The notes: generated from the sequence alone by a model not told the origin. A stretch of 64,000 bases of DNA from Marsupella aquatica (GCA_973895155.1 OZ316892.1:24375971-24439970); one strand, 5' to 3'. Counted from the stretch's first letter, positions 1 through 12,920 are shown. Numbers and translations are program-made.

Positions 1-294
1 AATTCTCGCCAGGGTTGTGCTGTTGATAAGAGTTCTACGCAGATTGATTTTGTGAAATCCCGGATCATGATTGTGGAGTCAAACTGGAATTTATATGAAG
101 AATCCCAGATTGAAGGGCACGGCGTTGAAGGTCATGAGATTCAACCACCAATTGCAGGCCAATTGGGTGTTCTCGGGACATCGACTTACGTAGTTGAGGT
201 CGTGAAGGAGACCGAAGAGGAACAAGAAGAAACTGAGGAAGAGCCTCCCAGAACACCAAATGAGGATGATCTCAACGACATGTTATTAGATTAG
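1..294 (+). CDS. C-terminal part of an unknown protein with an acidic tail (probably transposon-associated)
   Basis: Frame is open from base 1 to the TAG at 292-294 and ends ...EEEQEETEEEPPRTPNEDDLNDMLLD. It converges on the transposase, with a palindrome cluster between them. Confidence 0.4.
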   Translation, partial: NSRQGCAVDKSSTQIDFVKSRIMIVESNWNLYEESQIEGHGVEGHEIQPPIAGQLGVLGTSTYVVEVVKETEEEQEETEEEPPRTPNEDDLNDMLLD

Positions 295-622
295 TTGCGT
301 GTGCTCGTTAGGATAATGTCAATCACCAATGGAGTTGTCGATAAATTTATCGGATTCTGTATTCCATGAGGAAGAACCTTTGTCACATTTATTAATGCGA
401 TAAATTTATCGGACTTTGCATATATCGGACTGTCGCGGTGTTCTAGCTGGGGGAATGGAGTTGTCGATAATCTTATCGGACTTAGCATTGTATGCTCTAA
501 CTGGTTTGTCATTGCAATTATTTAAAAAAAAATATCATTATAGCTGCGGAGTACATAGTCCCAGAATGATAACCACTGTACATATTCATGGGAATGATAA
601 CCATTATAACTTAAACCTGCAA

Positions 623-3600
623 CTAGCTTCGACTATCAACGACTACAGTCTCCATTGCATTTTGAATGATTTGTCTTGTTTGTATAGGGAGAGTACTATT
701 TGCCAATAACACAAAGTTATACGCATAAACGACAGTTTCTGCTAGGGACAATTCATCCTCCAGTACTTTGCTAGGCGAAGCCTCTTTCTCCGGATAATAT
801 CTGCCTTCAATCACAGACTCTTCCTCCGAATCCATTGCATACCAAGTGATTTTAATCCGCTCCGGGATGTCGTTAATTCTTGTGAGAATCTCAGTCACTT
901 TTGCCATCCAGAATGGTCTTCCCTTGGGATCCTGATGGGCTGCTACACATATCATTGCAAATTTAGTATTCACCTCTAGATCCTTGAAGTCTCCAATTTC
1001 CGTGACTTTTCTTCGACTTCCGGAATACATGACTATCCTCACACCCGCTACTTTATCAACCAAGCTAGGTTCCATTGCTGCTTCCGTAGGATTACTCGAA
1101 AGTTCTCTCTGTACGTTTACCTTGGGCCAACTCCAATCAAAACTCCTGTGCAGGTTTCAGGTGGTGCTGAATCACTTCTTTTTGTTTGTCAAAAAAACGA
1201 CCCCACCATAGACGATCTTCGTCATCAAAGTAATTGAATCCATCTTCAATTGCTCTTCGATATTTTTGAAGAGTTGACAAATAACTTTGAGCCGCCCGCT
1301 CATCTTGTTCCTCAGCATCATTCTCTTGCTCTTCATTGTCTCCTGTCGCTCCCGTGGCCGACTTCAATGCCATTTGTGGTGCGATCCACATTCCAGATGA
1401 TGGAATGTACCGAACAAAATCCACCGTCTTCCCCCAATCGGTTGTCGTTGAAAGATGTTTGGCATGGAATACGGACCGAGCACTTCCATCTTCGAGTACT
1501 CTAGTAATCCGAAATTGTTTTTGAGCACTTATGCCGTGGAGAGTACGTAGAACCTGACCATCCATATCCTTGTCATTTGCTTGATCCTTGTCTGACACAA
1601 ATTTCTTGAAATTGGCAACCTCGTCGACGAAAAATATCTTTGCCGTAGGACTGTAGGATTCTTCTATGATTGCTGAAAGAGTGTCCAACCGGAAAGCTTT
1701 TCGCTTGTTCAATTTTAAAGAAAACTTGCTAAACATTTGATCAATTTGATCATGGGTGTGCCCCACCAATAGGAAACCAACCTTTATTTTCTGGAAAACA
1801 CCTATCTCCACCAACATATTCAAATATGCCATAAGATATTTATTCTTGTTTTCCCCTGCTGTGTTATCAAGCTGGAGGTAAAGCACTGGAGGGAGCAGAC
1901 CTTCCCAGGTATTCAGAATATGCTGGATAACGTGGATGGTCAGGTTGCTATCATTGTGAATATTTGGATAGTTCAAAAAAACATTTGAACTTAATTGTTT
2001 GTTGAAGATCAAACAACCCACTACGTGTACGGGGATGAAATACTTTTCATCCATATTCTTCGGACACCGAATGAAATGAGGTAACTCTGTCTTCTTTTGA
2101 TCCATTCCATCAATACAGATGCCCAAATATTTCTCCGGACTCTTGTAACATTTGCTCCGGTGCTTTGCTAACTTCTCCCTCTCGACTGCTTGTGCCTTCC
2201 GATGCTCGTTTAGCAATGTTGAGAATTTTCCTACAATAATAAAAATGTTTAGGACAAAACATGATAACCGCAATGTTGAACCCTGACAGCGAGAAATTTA
2301 TCGAGTTCAGTATTCAAACATGAGACCGTAATGATAAACCCTGACAATGATAAATTTATCGGGTTCAGTATTCAAACACGAGACCGTAATGAAAAATTGT
2401 GACAGCGATAAATTTATCAGGTTCAGTATTCAAACTGTTCAAACGATATATTCACTCACATGACCAAAGAAGAAGCACATGAATACTCAACCCGATAAAA
2501 TTATCGGGAGTAATACACAGGTTTAGAAACTTACTCTTTTCTGCTTCAAGTGTTGCCTTGTCACGGAGTGCTTTGAATTCAGTACACGGGGAGCAGGTGG
2601 AGAAACGGCTCCTTTTGGGGATGCGCACGTGAGGAAACTCCTTGTTCCAAATGCGAACAAACCATGAATATGTCATGCCTTGTTCTTGGCGCATTAGAGT
2701 TTCGGACTGGAAGGCATCAAAAACTTCTGTTTTTGTCCAATTGTCAGGTAAATGAAAGATATCCTTGTTGGGGAGACTCTTGACATTTGTGGAAAAAAAT
2801 CATCCAGCCATTGGACGAGACCAAGATGTGAGGGTGATTTTTCTCGACAAACTGTACCGATCTATATTCGAGAAAACATGTTCTGCGAGATTTTTTGGAG
2901 ACGATTATTTCCTAGTGAAAATAATTTCTTAAAACCACTCCGACAAAAGGATCTACCGCTAACTGAGTAACCACTTGCACCAGCATGCCCACCCTTCACA
3001 CATCCTCTTAGAAGGACGTTCTTCTCTGGGTAGGATAGCCCATAGTAATAAGTGCGTTGTTTCATCACGGCTAGCAGACCCAATTTCCTCAGACAGTAAT
3101 TATCACAACACGAATAATGAATTTCTCTCATTTTGTTTCTATTCAATTTGTCATTTATCACATTGTCTTTCCTAGTAATTTGGTCCCTATCTTTTTTACT
3201 AGGCTCATTTGACTTCTCTACAGCCTGAAATCCGTTCATAACATTGGCATTTTTGGGTCCTTCAGGTGCCTCGCGAATTGATGCATCACTCTCTGCTGAG
3301 CTACCATCCTCTATAGATCTCCTTGACGAATTTAGAGGGGCACTGAATAGATGACTATAACTATTCTCTTCGACAGCTCCTTCTAAACATTCAGACACAA
3401 CTTGTGCTATTATATCGGATTCTCTATCTCCTTCCTCATCTTTGTCCTCCGATGCACTCGACTCATCTGAAAATAGAATTGGACTCCGTGGCTCTCTATA
3501 CATAACCCGAATGCCACTAAGACCTCTCCTTGATACTTGGAGCCTGGAACCAATGACAGTTCGCCCTTGAGAACTTGAAGATTCTGGATTCGCACGTGCA

Positions 3601-4256
3601 GTCCCAACTACTCCGCGAGCTACTAGAAAATTGAGCACTTGTTCACCACGATTCCCACGGACCATTCGAGAAAGGGCCGAGTATGGACTTCGTAGTCCGA
3701 TTCCCTCGCTTGCTCGCACATCCAGTCCAGGCAATGCAAAGACCGATCGCCGTATCGGTCTTTGTATTTCTGTGTCCCGATCCTCACCCGGAGACTGAAA
3801 GATCCGTCGTTGAACTTGTGTTGAATGTGGCGACTTGAATGCCGACTGCGATACGCGTATCGGTCGCCGGATACCCTCTCCATAACCCGGGATGGATGGC
3901 CTGAAGCGACGTCTCGGACCTAAACCTGGGATTGAAAGTTTCTCATTTCTTGGCAATGGAACGCTCAAGAGACGACGCTTCTCAAGTTTACTAGGCGACA
4001 CATAGTAAGCACTGGGCTCAGGACCAGAACTTGCATCAGAATCTGAGTCAGAGATTTCAGGCACTATTTGCTGTGAGAGAGGTAGAGCTTTAAGTATGCG
4101 ACTTGGCAAACAGCGAGCGACAAGATTAGGAGAGGATTCAACTAAACTGGAAGGAGAGGATTCAACTAAACTGGAAGGAGAGGATTCAACTGAACTGGAA
4201 GGTGAATCTGTGTTTGATTGAGACATGGCTATCAGAGACACTATGGGGCTTTGCAT
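623..4256 (-). pseudogene. Sola1/DUF7869-like DDD transposase (RNase H fold), one intron and three frameshifts
   Basis: Motifs IDGMDQ, LYLQLDNTAGENKN and FLLVGHTHDQIDQMFS give the D-D-D triad. Upstream are SCCDNYC and F..IW...FP.V.IPK..RFSTC..C. A GT-AG intron at 2231-2534 joins EAEK-R-KFSTLLNEH in frame. Frameshifts lie at about 2864 (TATA), 2793-2799 (A7) and 1139-1142 (A4). The N-terminus is long and S/R/P-rich; the C-terminal domain contains PFWMAKV. Confidence 0.8.
2279..2435. repeat. About 58-bp tandem repeat x3 inside the transposase intron
   Basis: Units like ctgacagcgataaatttatcgggttcagtattcaaac, each carrying the palindrome (2290, 2348, 2406). Confidence 0.85.
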
Positions 4257-4365
4257 TCCTCCCGCAATCAGGGAAACGAAAGGCTCAACGGACAGAATGT
4301 TGCTCCAAGAACACAACTCCCAAAACTCTACTCTCGATAATGACGCCAAAAACTTATCGGCGGTG

Positions 4366-4418
4366 GCCCTTTTATAGTGTCTGTTGAGGGGTTGGCCCAC
4401 GTGTCCACTTTTGATTGG
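4366..4418 (-). promoter_or_regulatory. Putative core promoter of the Sola-like transposase
   Basis: On the minus strand, CTATAAAAGGG at about 4368-4377, with a G-box CACGTG (about 4398) and CCAAT (about 4413) upstream. The first ATG follows at 4256. Confidence 0.45.
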
Positions 4419-4511
4419 CTGTCACCCTAAACGACAAAATAGCAGAAAAGGGTATATTTCTTGGATTTCCAATTTCATTCTCACACGTGCATCGTGGCAA
4501 AATTATATAGT

Positions 4512-4730
4512 TTTGAAATTGAAGCGATAAATTTATCTGATGTTGGTATTGCAAAAGTGGTTCCTTCATATGGAAGTTGCAATTTGAAATTGAAGCGATA
4601 AATTTATCTGATGTTGGTATTGCAAAAGTGGTTCCTTCATATGGAAGTTGCAATTTTGAAATTGAAGCGATAAATTTATCTTATGTTGGTATTGCGAAGA
4701 GTTTTCTTCATATGGATAGGAATTTTGAAA
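4512..4730. repeat. About 71-bp tandem repeat x3 upstream of the transposase promoter
   Basis: Unit tttgaaattgaagcgataaatttatctgatgttggtattgcaaaagtggttccttcatatggaagttgcaa; palindrome variants at 4525, 4596 and 4668. Confidence 0.9.
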
Positions 4731-5385
4731 TTTAACCGATGAACCGAAGGATCTTAGTATTGTCGACTAGTATTTTTGTCGCCCGTAGTTTTCACGATAA
4801 TTTTATCGGACTGCGCATTGCTGTTGAAAGAATGGCATGTTGACTATGGTCACTTGCGGAGGTAACTGCAAGGTAAGTTTGACGAATCATGCAGTAATTC
4901 TTATCGACTGTGATGTAAAATATTTTTGGTAAATATCCAAAAACTGAGAAAACTGAGATTGGGTCGGAGCTTTCATGGCTCAAATCCGGAGTCCGATACA
5001 ATTATCGCACTTGGCTCGAAACGTGGATATGGATTTATAGATAAGACCTTTCATATATCTTCGAAGAGCGTGAATATGAGGTTGAGGAGAAAGTTTTTGG
5101 GATCTAATTGTTCCTTGATAATATGAATGTTTGTTAGCATGAATTTCATTGGTTTTGATCATTATTAAATTTGCTGTTTCAATCCGAACTCTGATACGAA
5201 TTACATTATTTCCCCAAAAATGTGTTTTTGATGAAAAAAACTGCCGATTTTGCGAGATTCGGTGGAAAATGAAAATACACTTTTGTTTAGAGGAAATAGT
5301 TCTCGTTCGGTCCGAAATCGTGTTAGAGACAGTTCATTTCATTTCTATCCGTTGGGTAGAGTGCTCAATTCTGGCCAACAAACAG

Positions 5386-5685
5386 GTGGATCCAGGAGAC
5401 TTCATGCTGCATCCAAGTGATGATCAGATGTTGGATGAGGCGCCCAACCCAGATGATGGGGAGGCATATCCACCTACATTGCCCAAATGTGAGCTGTCTC
5501 CGACTGAGCTTCACATTGTCTTGTATGATTACAAGGAAAGTTGTGCAACTGAGGTTGAGGCTGAAAGGCTAAAGGCTAGGGAAGAGGTCGTCCGGAAGAA
5601 ATGGAACCAAAGGCAGAGGCATGATTCTTACAAAAGAAGGAAGGCAGATGAGGAGTACTACTGGTCTGGTGAAGGAACTCCTTAA
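5386..5685 (+). CDS. Probable terminal exon of an unknown (transposon accessory?) gene
   Basis: A CAG acceptor precedes VDPGDFMLHP...KAREEVVRKKWNQRQRHDSYKRRKADEEYYW. AATAAA follows at about 5810. It converges on the CACTA transposase. Confidence 0.35.
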   Translation: MDPGDFMLHPSDDQMLDEAPNPDDGEAYPPTLPKCELSPTELHIVLYDYKESCATEVEAERLKAREEVVRKKWNQRQRHDSYKRRKADEEYYWSGEGTP

Positions 5686-5869
5686 GTAGCAACAATCTGG
5701 ATGTCAATGGATGAGGCAGTTTAGTGATTCGGCTAGGTTATAGTCGCTTTGTGGTGGACATGCAATGTGCTTTGTAGGACCTTTGTATCTCTATATCATA
5801 CTGAATCTGAATAAAGACTCCCTCATGTTTTTCATTTTGAATGCATGTGCCAATTAATGTCACCACTGT

Positions 5870-6125
5870 CATTAACGTCGCACGGATATAGATACACGAC
5901 GTCTTTGGTTTAATACGTACCCTAAAATGACGTAAGTTAGTGTAACATCATTTTATGTGGAGAATCAACGTCATGTGGAATAACGTAAACTGGGTCATTG
6001 GTAAATTAACGTCGTTGAGGGCTCAATAAAATGACGTTAATTGGAATTAACGTCTGCCTGGTACGACGTAGTTTGAAGATACATTGGTCTACCGGACGTA
6101 ATAGTCATACAACGACGTTACCCAG
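5870..6125. repeat. Cluster of ACGT-core motifs (AACGTCGT/ACGACGTT-like)
   Basis: About 10 copies such as ttaacgtcg, atgacgtta and acgacgtta. They match the motif family at the CACTA subterminus (15226-15560). Confidence 0.6.
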
Positions 6126-6199
6126 AGATGCCATAACGAATATATACATGCACTGAATACATTTATGGTCATGGATCCATATCATCTACAATTACTGAT

Positions 6200-9017
6200 A
6201 CCATCAAACCCTTCCTCCATCGTGGGAAGATGGGAATGACGATGGACCATCCTCTCATAGTGTGCATCGGAACCATAATACACTAATCCACCTGGCTAGG
6301 AAATACTATAGTGTCACTAACCTCCCCCCCCCCCCGAATGGTGCTACACGAGTCGTGTCTACCCGATAGAACCCACACTCATCTTTCACCATGGTGGCTC
6401 TATGTGGAGGTAACATGATGGATTTGTGCCACCGCACCTCTAACACAGTAGTAGTAAATGACCCAAAGTGAACGTCTAAAATATCCAATATAGTGCCACA
6501 ATAGGGAATCTCATCACCTGGGTCTGTCAACATGAACACTCCTGAGTTACATGTACTCTTCTTCATGTGATCTGTCCTCCAAGTGCGAAAGTGGTGCCCT
6601 GACTCATACATGTGTGTATGGGTCGTTGCCCACAACCCTGGTCCCCTAATGATGTTCTGTACATCAATGGGAATGGATAAGGGTCCATGCTCTCCAAGGA
6701 GCCTATCCATGCGCTCCAATGCCCATACGTGAAATAATGCATGCCGTCGTGGAACTATCGGTTGCTGCTCCAAGAATGCACTGCAAAAAATGTATGAATC
6801 CATGAGAATATTGCACAATCCAAAGAAGTGCTCCTTGAACCTAAACCCTAACTTCTACACACATAGAATGTAGAACAACATCTACTGTTAGATTAACATA
6901 TATATATAGAATTGCATATATGTACCTATGCAACTCCCTCCACTGAGACATCTCTGGGCGATTTCCCAACACATAATTGTGGATCTGTAAACAAAGTATG
7001 TCGTCATGTAGTGAATGCTTTTTTGATGCACCCATCAAACACAACCCACCATTGTCATCATCTTGTGCCTCTTCCCAAGCTGTGGGAGCTTCTGTGTCCA
7101 AACTCCCTATCATCCCTCTGGAATAAAAGAGGCACTCCGACATGATATACCCCGTTGCAATACTTCCCTCTGGTCGAGTTGGTGAACTATGGACTTGAGC
7201 ACTTTCATGAAGCGCTCTACCCAATACATCCAACGTGCATGGACAGGACCAACAATCGCGACCTCATCCACCAAGTGACATAGTAAATGCAATTGCATGT
7301 CAAATATGCATGGGGGAAACACCTTCTCCATATTGCACATCACGCGAGCTGACCTCTCCCTCATCAAAGGAATCTCAGACTCCTTTATCTCCTTAGCGCA
7401 TACCCACCTATGTTCTTCCTCAAAACCATCAAAGATTTTGTATATCAGATCCACATAGGGCCATAGAAAAATGAGTTTGAAATACTTGTTGAATTACAGG
7501 GCTCCTCCAGCGGTAACAAGAACTTGCAAGAGAGCAATGGAAGAGAGGGTACGCTATCATACCTGAAAATGGAGCACATCTCATATATAGTCAGATGGAG
7601 TAAACAACGCTTCCGGGAATCATCACAACAACGCAAGACTGCTGGTAGCACATGTTGTATCAACTTGTGATAATCATGAAACTTCAACCCTATTGGGGGT
7701 ATGTGATCATTCCTTGTAGTGCACCCACGAAAACCAGCTCCATAATGGCTAGGGAACTTCATCTCGCTTATCATCCCATTCATGTCCTTCAAAATTTCTC
7801 TTGGCAAAATCCAAGGACCAGGAGGTTTCTCCCCAGTACGTGTTATCCAACAACTCTTCACTACTCCAACCCTCTCAGCATCCTCTTGGACTCCATGAGT
7901 GTCATTCGTCCCATAAATGTGCTTCACCAAGTTCTTAGCAACATATATTCACTTCAATGTGCATGGGGTCCAACAACCATCGAACCTGGATTCTCTGGAA
8001 ATTGAAATAACATATTGAATCAGTTGCAATCTCTAAATTAAGCATTTTATTGGTCTAATTTGCTGTAAAGGAACCATGCACTTCTATCACTTACCCTCCA
8101 ATAAGGCAAGTCCCATATAGCTGAGCGTCGGTTTACTCCACAATCCTTGGGTTTCAGTAACTTTGCTTCCACCTTCTCCGCCATTTGAATTTGTCCTTCA
8201 GCTGAAGGGCCATTAGGACATGGCCGCACTTCAGTCTCTGCCCAATGTGTTGTGTTTTGTCGCAAGTGGTCATCCATTGCCAACCGGACCCTACTGCCCT
8301 CATATGTGGTTTTGTGCAGTAGTCTTGAGTACCTCCCACGCAACGCTGGGCCACATGAAGGGCAAGCTGAAAAACCTGCCACCTTCAGGCCAGATGTTGT
8401 CCCCGTACCTGCCATTTCATTGAACCATGTTCAGACCACAAATAACCCCAACACTTGCATTGTACATGACATTGTGCAAACAATAGCCATTGGGTTGCCC
8501 AATGAATTACCTGGACCATCTGTGGTGCAATGAGTGATCATCACCCTCATATTGAAGGTCCTACCATTGCCTGCTTCACGAGTGACATCTGTTGTCACTG
8601 CTCCAACCTCCGACAGATTATGTAGCTCTTCATAAGCTGGAGCCAAACAGATATCAGGATTCTTACAGGCCTTGGGTCCAGGAATTATAGCTAATAGAAG
8701 CACATGACCCTTCTTCATTGCCAACCATGGAGGGATGTTCTGATTTATCAAAAGAACAGGCCAGATGGACTTAGGCTTCCATTGTTGTTTATATGGGTTC
8801 ATTCCATCGATTGCCAACCCCAAACGAACATTTCTTGGCTCATGGGCAAAATTTGGCCAAGTGGCATCAATGTGCTTCCACGCTGGACTATCTTGGTGGT
8901 ATTGCATTATCCCTAGTGGGGATTTGTTCTCCACATGCCAAGTCTGTAGTGTGGATAAGTGCTTTCGTCGGTAGAGATGCTGAAGTCGGGGAGTGATTGG
9001 GAAATAACGAAAAACCT
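6200..9017 (-). pseudogene. CACTA/EnSpm TnpD-type transposase (Transposase_21, DUF4218 and DUF4216-like regions), decayed and 5'-truncated
   Basis: Motifs FRYFPITPRLQHLY, DSPAWKHID...EPRNVRLGLAIDGMNPY, WPVLL.N.NIPPW..MK....LL..IIPGP, EKVFPPCIFDMQLHLLCHL...GPVHARWMYWVERFMKVLK and NSGV...YCGTI.DI. It is split by introns, frameshifts (about 7190) and a C13 run (about 6323). Confidence 0.92.
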
Positions 9018-9539
9018 GCCAGATCCAATGTAACGTCGTCAATTCGATGACAATCACACTAAACGTCCTTCCACACTACGTATTATCTCGGGGTCTCACT
9101 TCGCGAAAATGGCACATCATGTGCGAGAAAGTATAGGGTCATTTTATTAGATTATAGGAAAGACTTAAGAAGATTTGTGTAAGAACAATAGGGGTCAATA
9201 TAATCATAAACACACTTTAAAGAATGATAGGGTTGTTTGCGGGGGGTTCAATGTCCGTGGAATGGGTTGAGGAAAGATAGGGTAATATCTTATGAGAAAA
9301 CAAGGTATACACGTGTCACCATCGGATTGGGACACATGGCACCCATTCCCACACCCATTTCAAATTAGGGGGTACTCAATTGGGTAGTCTACATATTTGA
9401 GACATGGCAAGAGTTTTGGATGGGGTATATACGAGAGTGGGGTAGGTTTCAACTCGTACCCGACCTCCATGTTTAGGGTTTTTGGGGGACCATTTTGAAT
9501 GTCCCTGGTTAGCGCCCAATTTGTTCCTCGCATGCCTCC

Positions 9540-11160
9540 AAAGCATCTTGTTTGTCCAAAGGGAGTGCTACATTGCTAACGGGAGTGTTGCATTGGTGCT
9601 TGCTGCTTGCACACATAGGAGTGTACGCGGCGCTACAAGGGTTGCTAAAACGGGGCCTGAACGGGAGGTGCACGTTGCTTGCTCGAAGTGCTCCATTGCT
9701 GCTTGCACACACAGGGGTGTTGCATTGTGAGGGTTGCTCAAATGGGAGTCGCGCCTGCTTGCTCAAAGAGTTCAAGTGCTGCTCTATTCAGTTCAGGTAT
9801 GGGAGTGCTCGATCTTGCTTGCTTCAACAATCATCCTTTCTTTTGTTTGTGCTGCTCGCTTTTTGCTACTTGCTTTGTATTGATCGAGACAAAGTGCTAT
9901 GAATCGGGTTGCTATAGGTTATGATCAATGTGAGCTACAATTTCTATTGATCGATAGTGGGCTGCGAGGTGGCTGTGAGGTGGCTGCAAGGTGGGCTGCG
10001 AGGTGGGTTGCGATCAAGTTCAGAGTTGAGCTACAATCTGGTTGAGTTGGGTTGCAATCCGAGCTAGAGCTGAGTTGCGTTGGGCTGCATTGAGTTGCGC
10101 TAGGCTGCATTCAGCTGGGCTGCGCATTGAGCTGAGGTGCACATTGAGCTGGGCTACACGTACTATGTTGAGCTCCATTGAGTTGCACTTGCAGTGCTAG
10201 GCTACTACATGGATTTGGGCTGCTAAAGCTGTTGCTGGTGGTCGGGTTTGTGTTGCTCGCTTTTTACTGCTTGCTTTGTGTTGATCCAGACGAAGTGCTA
10301 TGAATCGGGCTGTTGCAGGTTATGATCAATGTTGACCTACAGTTTCTATTGATCGATAGTGGACTGCGAGGTGGGCTACGAGGTGGGCTTTGAGGTGGGC
10401 TACGAGTTGGGGTTGCGATCGAGTTCAGAGTTGTGGTGCAATCTGGTTGAGCTGGGCTGCAATCCGAGCTAGAGCTGAGCTGTGCTGGGCTGCATTGAGC
10501 TGGGCTGCACATTGAGCTGGGCTGCACATTGAGTTGGGCTGAGGTGCACATTGAGCTGGGCTACACGTACTTCGCTGAGCTCCATTGAGCTGCACTTGCA
10601 CCGCTGGGCTACTGCACAGATTTGGGCTGCTAAAAGCTGCTGCTGGCGATCGGGTTTTGGTGCCTTTGTTGTGGAGGCGAGCTAGTGCACTCTCATTTGA
10701 GCTCCTACAACGACCTTTTACTTTGCTCTGCAGCATTGAGCTGCATTATCGTTGTCAATCTAGGAGGGAGCTTTTTGAAATGGGAGGCCGCTGCTGTGGG
10801 GAGTGTTGCACTCAAACGGGACGCTGCTGTCAGGAGTGCTGCATTGCTCAACTGGGAGGTGTGCATTGCCTGCTCCAATGGGAGTGCTGCTCCATTGCTT
10901 GCTTGCTTTGACAATATATTGTGCTTTCTATGCGGGTTTCTAAGGCAGCTGTGTCCCAAAATTGTAGGCTTAGTCGAGAGGAAGCTGCTTACTTTGTTTA
11001 CGTTGCTTGCTGTGTGCTCTCACAACAATGTCGTTGTTGATTGATGTTGTGTTGTAGATGCCATTGTTGTGCTTTCAATTTCTCTTGTGGTGCTGCTGTT
11101 GAGAGCTGGGTTGCAATCAAGTTGAGAGCTGGGTTGCGCTGGAGGGAGAACATTGGGCTG
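9540..11160. repeat. GC-rich complex repeat array with an about 400-bp tandem duplication
   Basis: About 9846-10246 and 10247-10657 are diverged direct copies. Sub-repeats include gagctgggctgcacatt, gctgcgaggtgg and ttgcattg..gggagtg. Confidence 0.8.
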
Positions 11161-12176
11161 CCTCTGGAAAATCAGAAATCAGCTGAGACAAAATGAAGTG
11201 AGATTTTCAGGGAGATTTCAACTACGTTCAGGTACGGTCATTTTTAGAACTTGCTTCGGAGCTTAGTCTTTGAGTGAGCAATGGTTCTAGCTCATGGTGG
11301 AATAGGATTGACAACTCTTGTTCAACTATGGGGTATTGTTGCAGGGTTAGTGATTCATTTTTGTTTCATTGCTTATTGAAACCGAGGCTCAAACCAAAAC
11401 TTGCTTTGTTTTCAGGCTCCTCTGGCTGTTGGATTGTTGTTGAGTTGCTGAGGGCTAAAGTGTCCCATTTTTTACACCTCAAAGTGAAATCAGGTATGAC
11501 TTAGGGGACTCAAACATGTTTGCAACATTAATTGCATGCTTACTAGTCTAGACCAGGCTCTGGACACTACATTGAAACTTAGCTATCAATTTTGTAAGGA
11601 CTAGGTCACACATCTCTGTGCAAAAGTGTACATGTTCATGCTGGGAAATTTTGACTAGAACTTGTTGCTGTATAGTTCTTATTGAATGATTCAGTTCACC
11701 CTTAGGTAGTTGCATGCAGGGGTACAGGCAAAGCAAGGGGCTGTTGAGGAGCACCTATCTTTATGCTGCTGCAAACTCTGCTAAAATGTTGAGTTGAGCT
11801 ACTGTACGGGACCTATGTTGGTATTAAATTTCAGGTGTGTCATTTCCATCCATGACTTCAACCATTTCTAGTCGAGCAGAAGTTTATTTAGCAGCTTCAA
11901 ATGTAGTAGGGGAGTTGTAATGTATTCCATGAAGTTAAATTTGACATGTGGGCAATGTTGCTTCTATTCACCAGAGTTTATGCTGAGCTGCTGGGCGGAT
12001 CAAACTCTTTTGGAAGTGTGGTGCCTAGAGACTTTGTTAATTTCTTTACGTCTGTCGAGCGGTAGAGGCAGTTGAGGTGTTGCCCCATTCTGATTACTGG
12101 TAGACATTGTTACTGGTTTGTTGCAGTTGGTGAGGAGTAGGTACCCTTCCATTCATCATTTACAAAAAATAGTGTC

Positions 12177-12578
12177 ATGGCTATATTGAAGACTACCCTA
12201 GAGGAGAATTATGAGAAGCTCCTTTTGCAGTATCCAGACGAATGTTGCTAGTGTGAATCATGTGTCAAGTGCAGGGTTGGCAATGGCAATTTTGAATGGT
12301 TCCATTGCTTTTGCTTGAAAATGCGTGGAAGACTTGTAACTAGGACATACATGGCAAAGAACGGCAAAGTTGTCACACGCCGCTGGAAGTGCTCTTGTAT
12401 AAGGCCAACCATTTGGCCTCAAAATGAGTGTCTTTTACGCAAGATAGTCATCCCGGATACGCTTGATATTGTAGTCCCTGATAGTATTCCAAATACAACC
12501 GAGCTTGATATAGTTGTAGTCCCACATAGTTTTCCAAATAAAGAGGTTATAGCCAATGGATGCATGGTTCATCACTAG
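12177..12578 (+). pseudogene. Small PHD-finger-like ORF with one in-frame stop
   Basis: The ATG at 12177 reads MAILKTTLEENYEKLLLQYPDECC*CESCVKCRVGNGNFEWFHCFCLK...RRWKCSC. EWFH..C and W.C recall ING-type PHD fingers. The TAG is at 12249-12251. Confidence 0.45.
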
Positions 12579-12920
12579 GCCTTTGTTTGCAAGGCGTCAA
12601 TTGTACAATCCATGATATATGAAAAGAATTTGCGTTCCCATTTTGTGGCAAAAATTTCCAAGTTTGCATTGATTTATGTATTTCTTGGTTGGTGGGTGTC
12701 CAGGTTGCACTATTTAGTTGACTCAATTCATCTATTCATTCTTAGTGAATATCGGTTGGGAGGGAGGTTTGCAGAGCATTGGAGGTAGGTTTGTAACTAC
12801 GTCAATTGTCGATTTCTCCAACTCCTATGATTAGCCTTTTCTTTGTCTATGGATTGCCCACTATCATACAGGTCACTCTGACATGTGATGTGCTTTGTGA
12901 TCAGTACAGTTATTATAACC

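Larger units (their letters stand above)
1..5314 (-). mobile_element. Sola1-like DNA transposon (left end outside the window)
   Basis: Transposase gene, palindrome clusters, and a putative end TTCTCGTTCGGTCCG followed by AAAT. AAAT fits the AWWT target preference reported for Sola1. Confidence 0.5.

Noticed and set aside
2279-4730. Palindrome-bearing repeats as a CRISPR-like array
   Set aside because: Units are tandem copies without unique spacers, the context is eukaryotic, and there are no cas genes.
5845-5885. Left CACTA TIR near caccactgtc
   Set aside because: It does not match the reverse complement of the 15579 end, and no aga TSD is present.
9482-11044. Many overlapping ORFs (for example CSPAQC repeats)
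   Set aside because: They are by-products of the GC-rich repeat array and have no domain signature.
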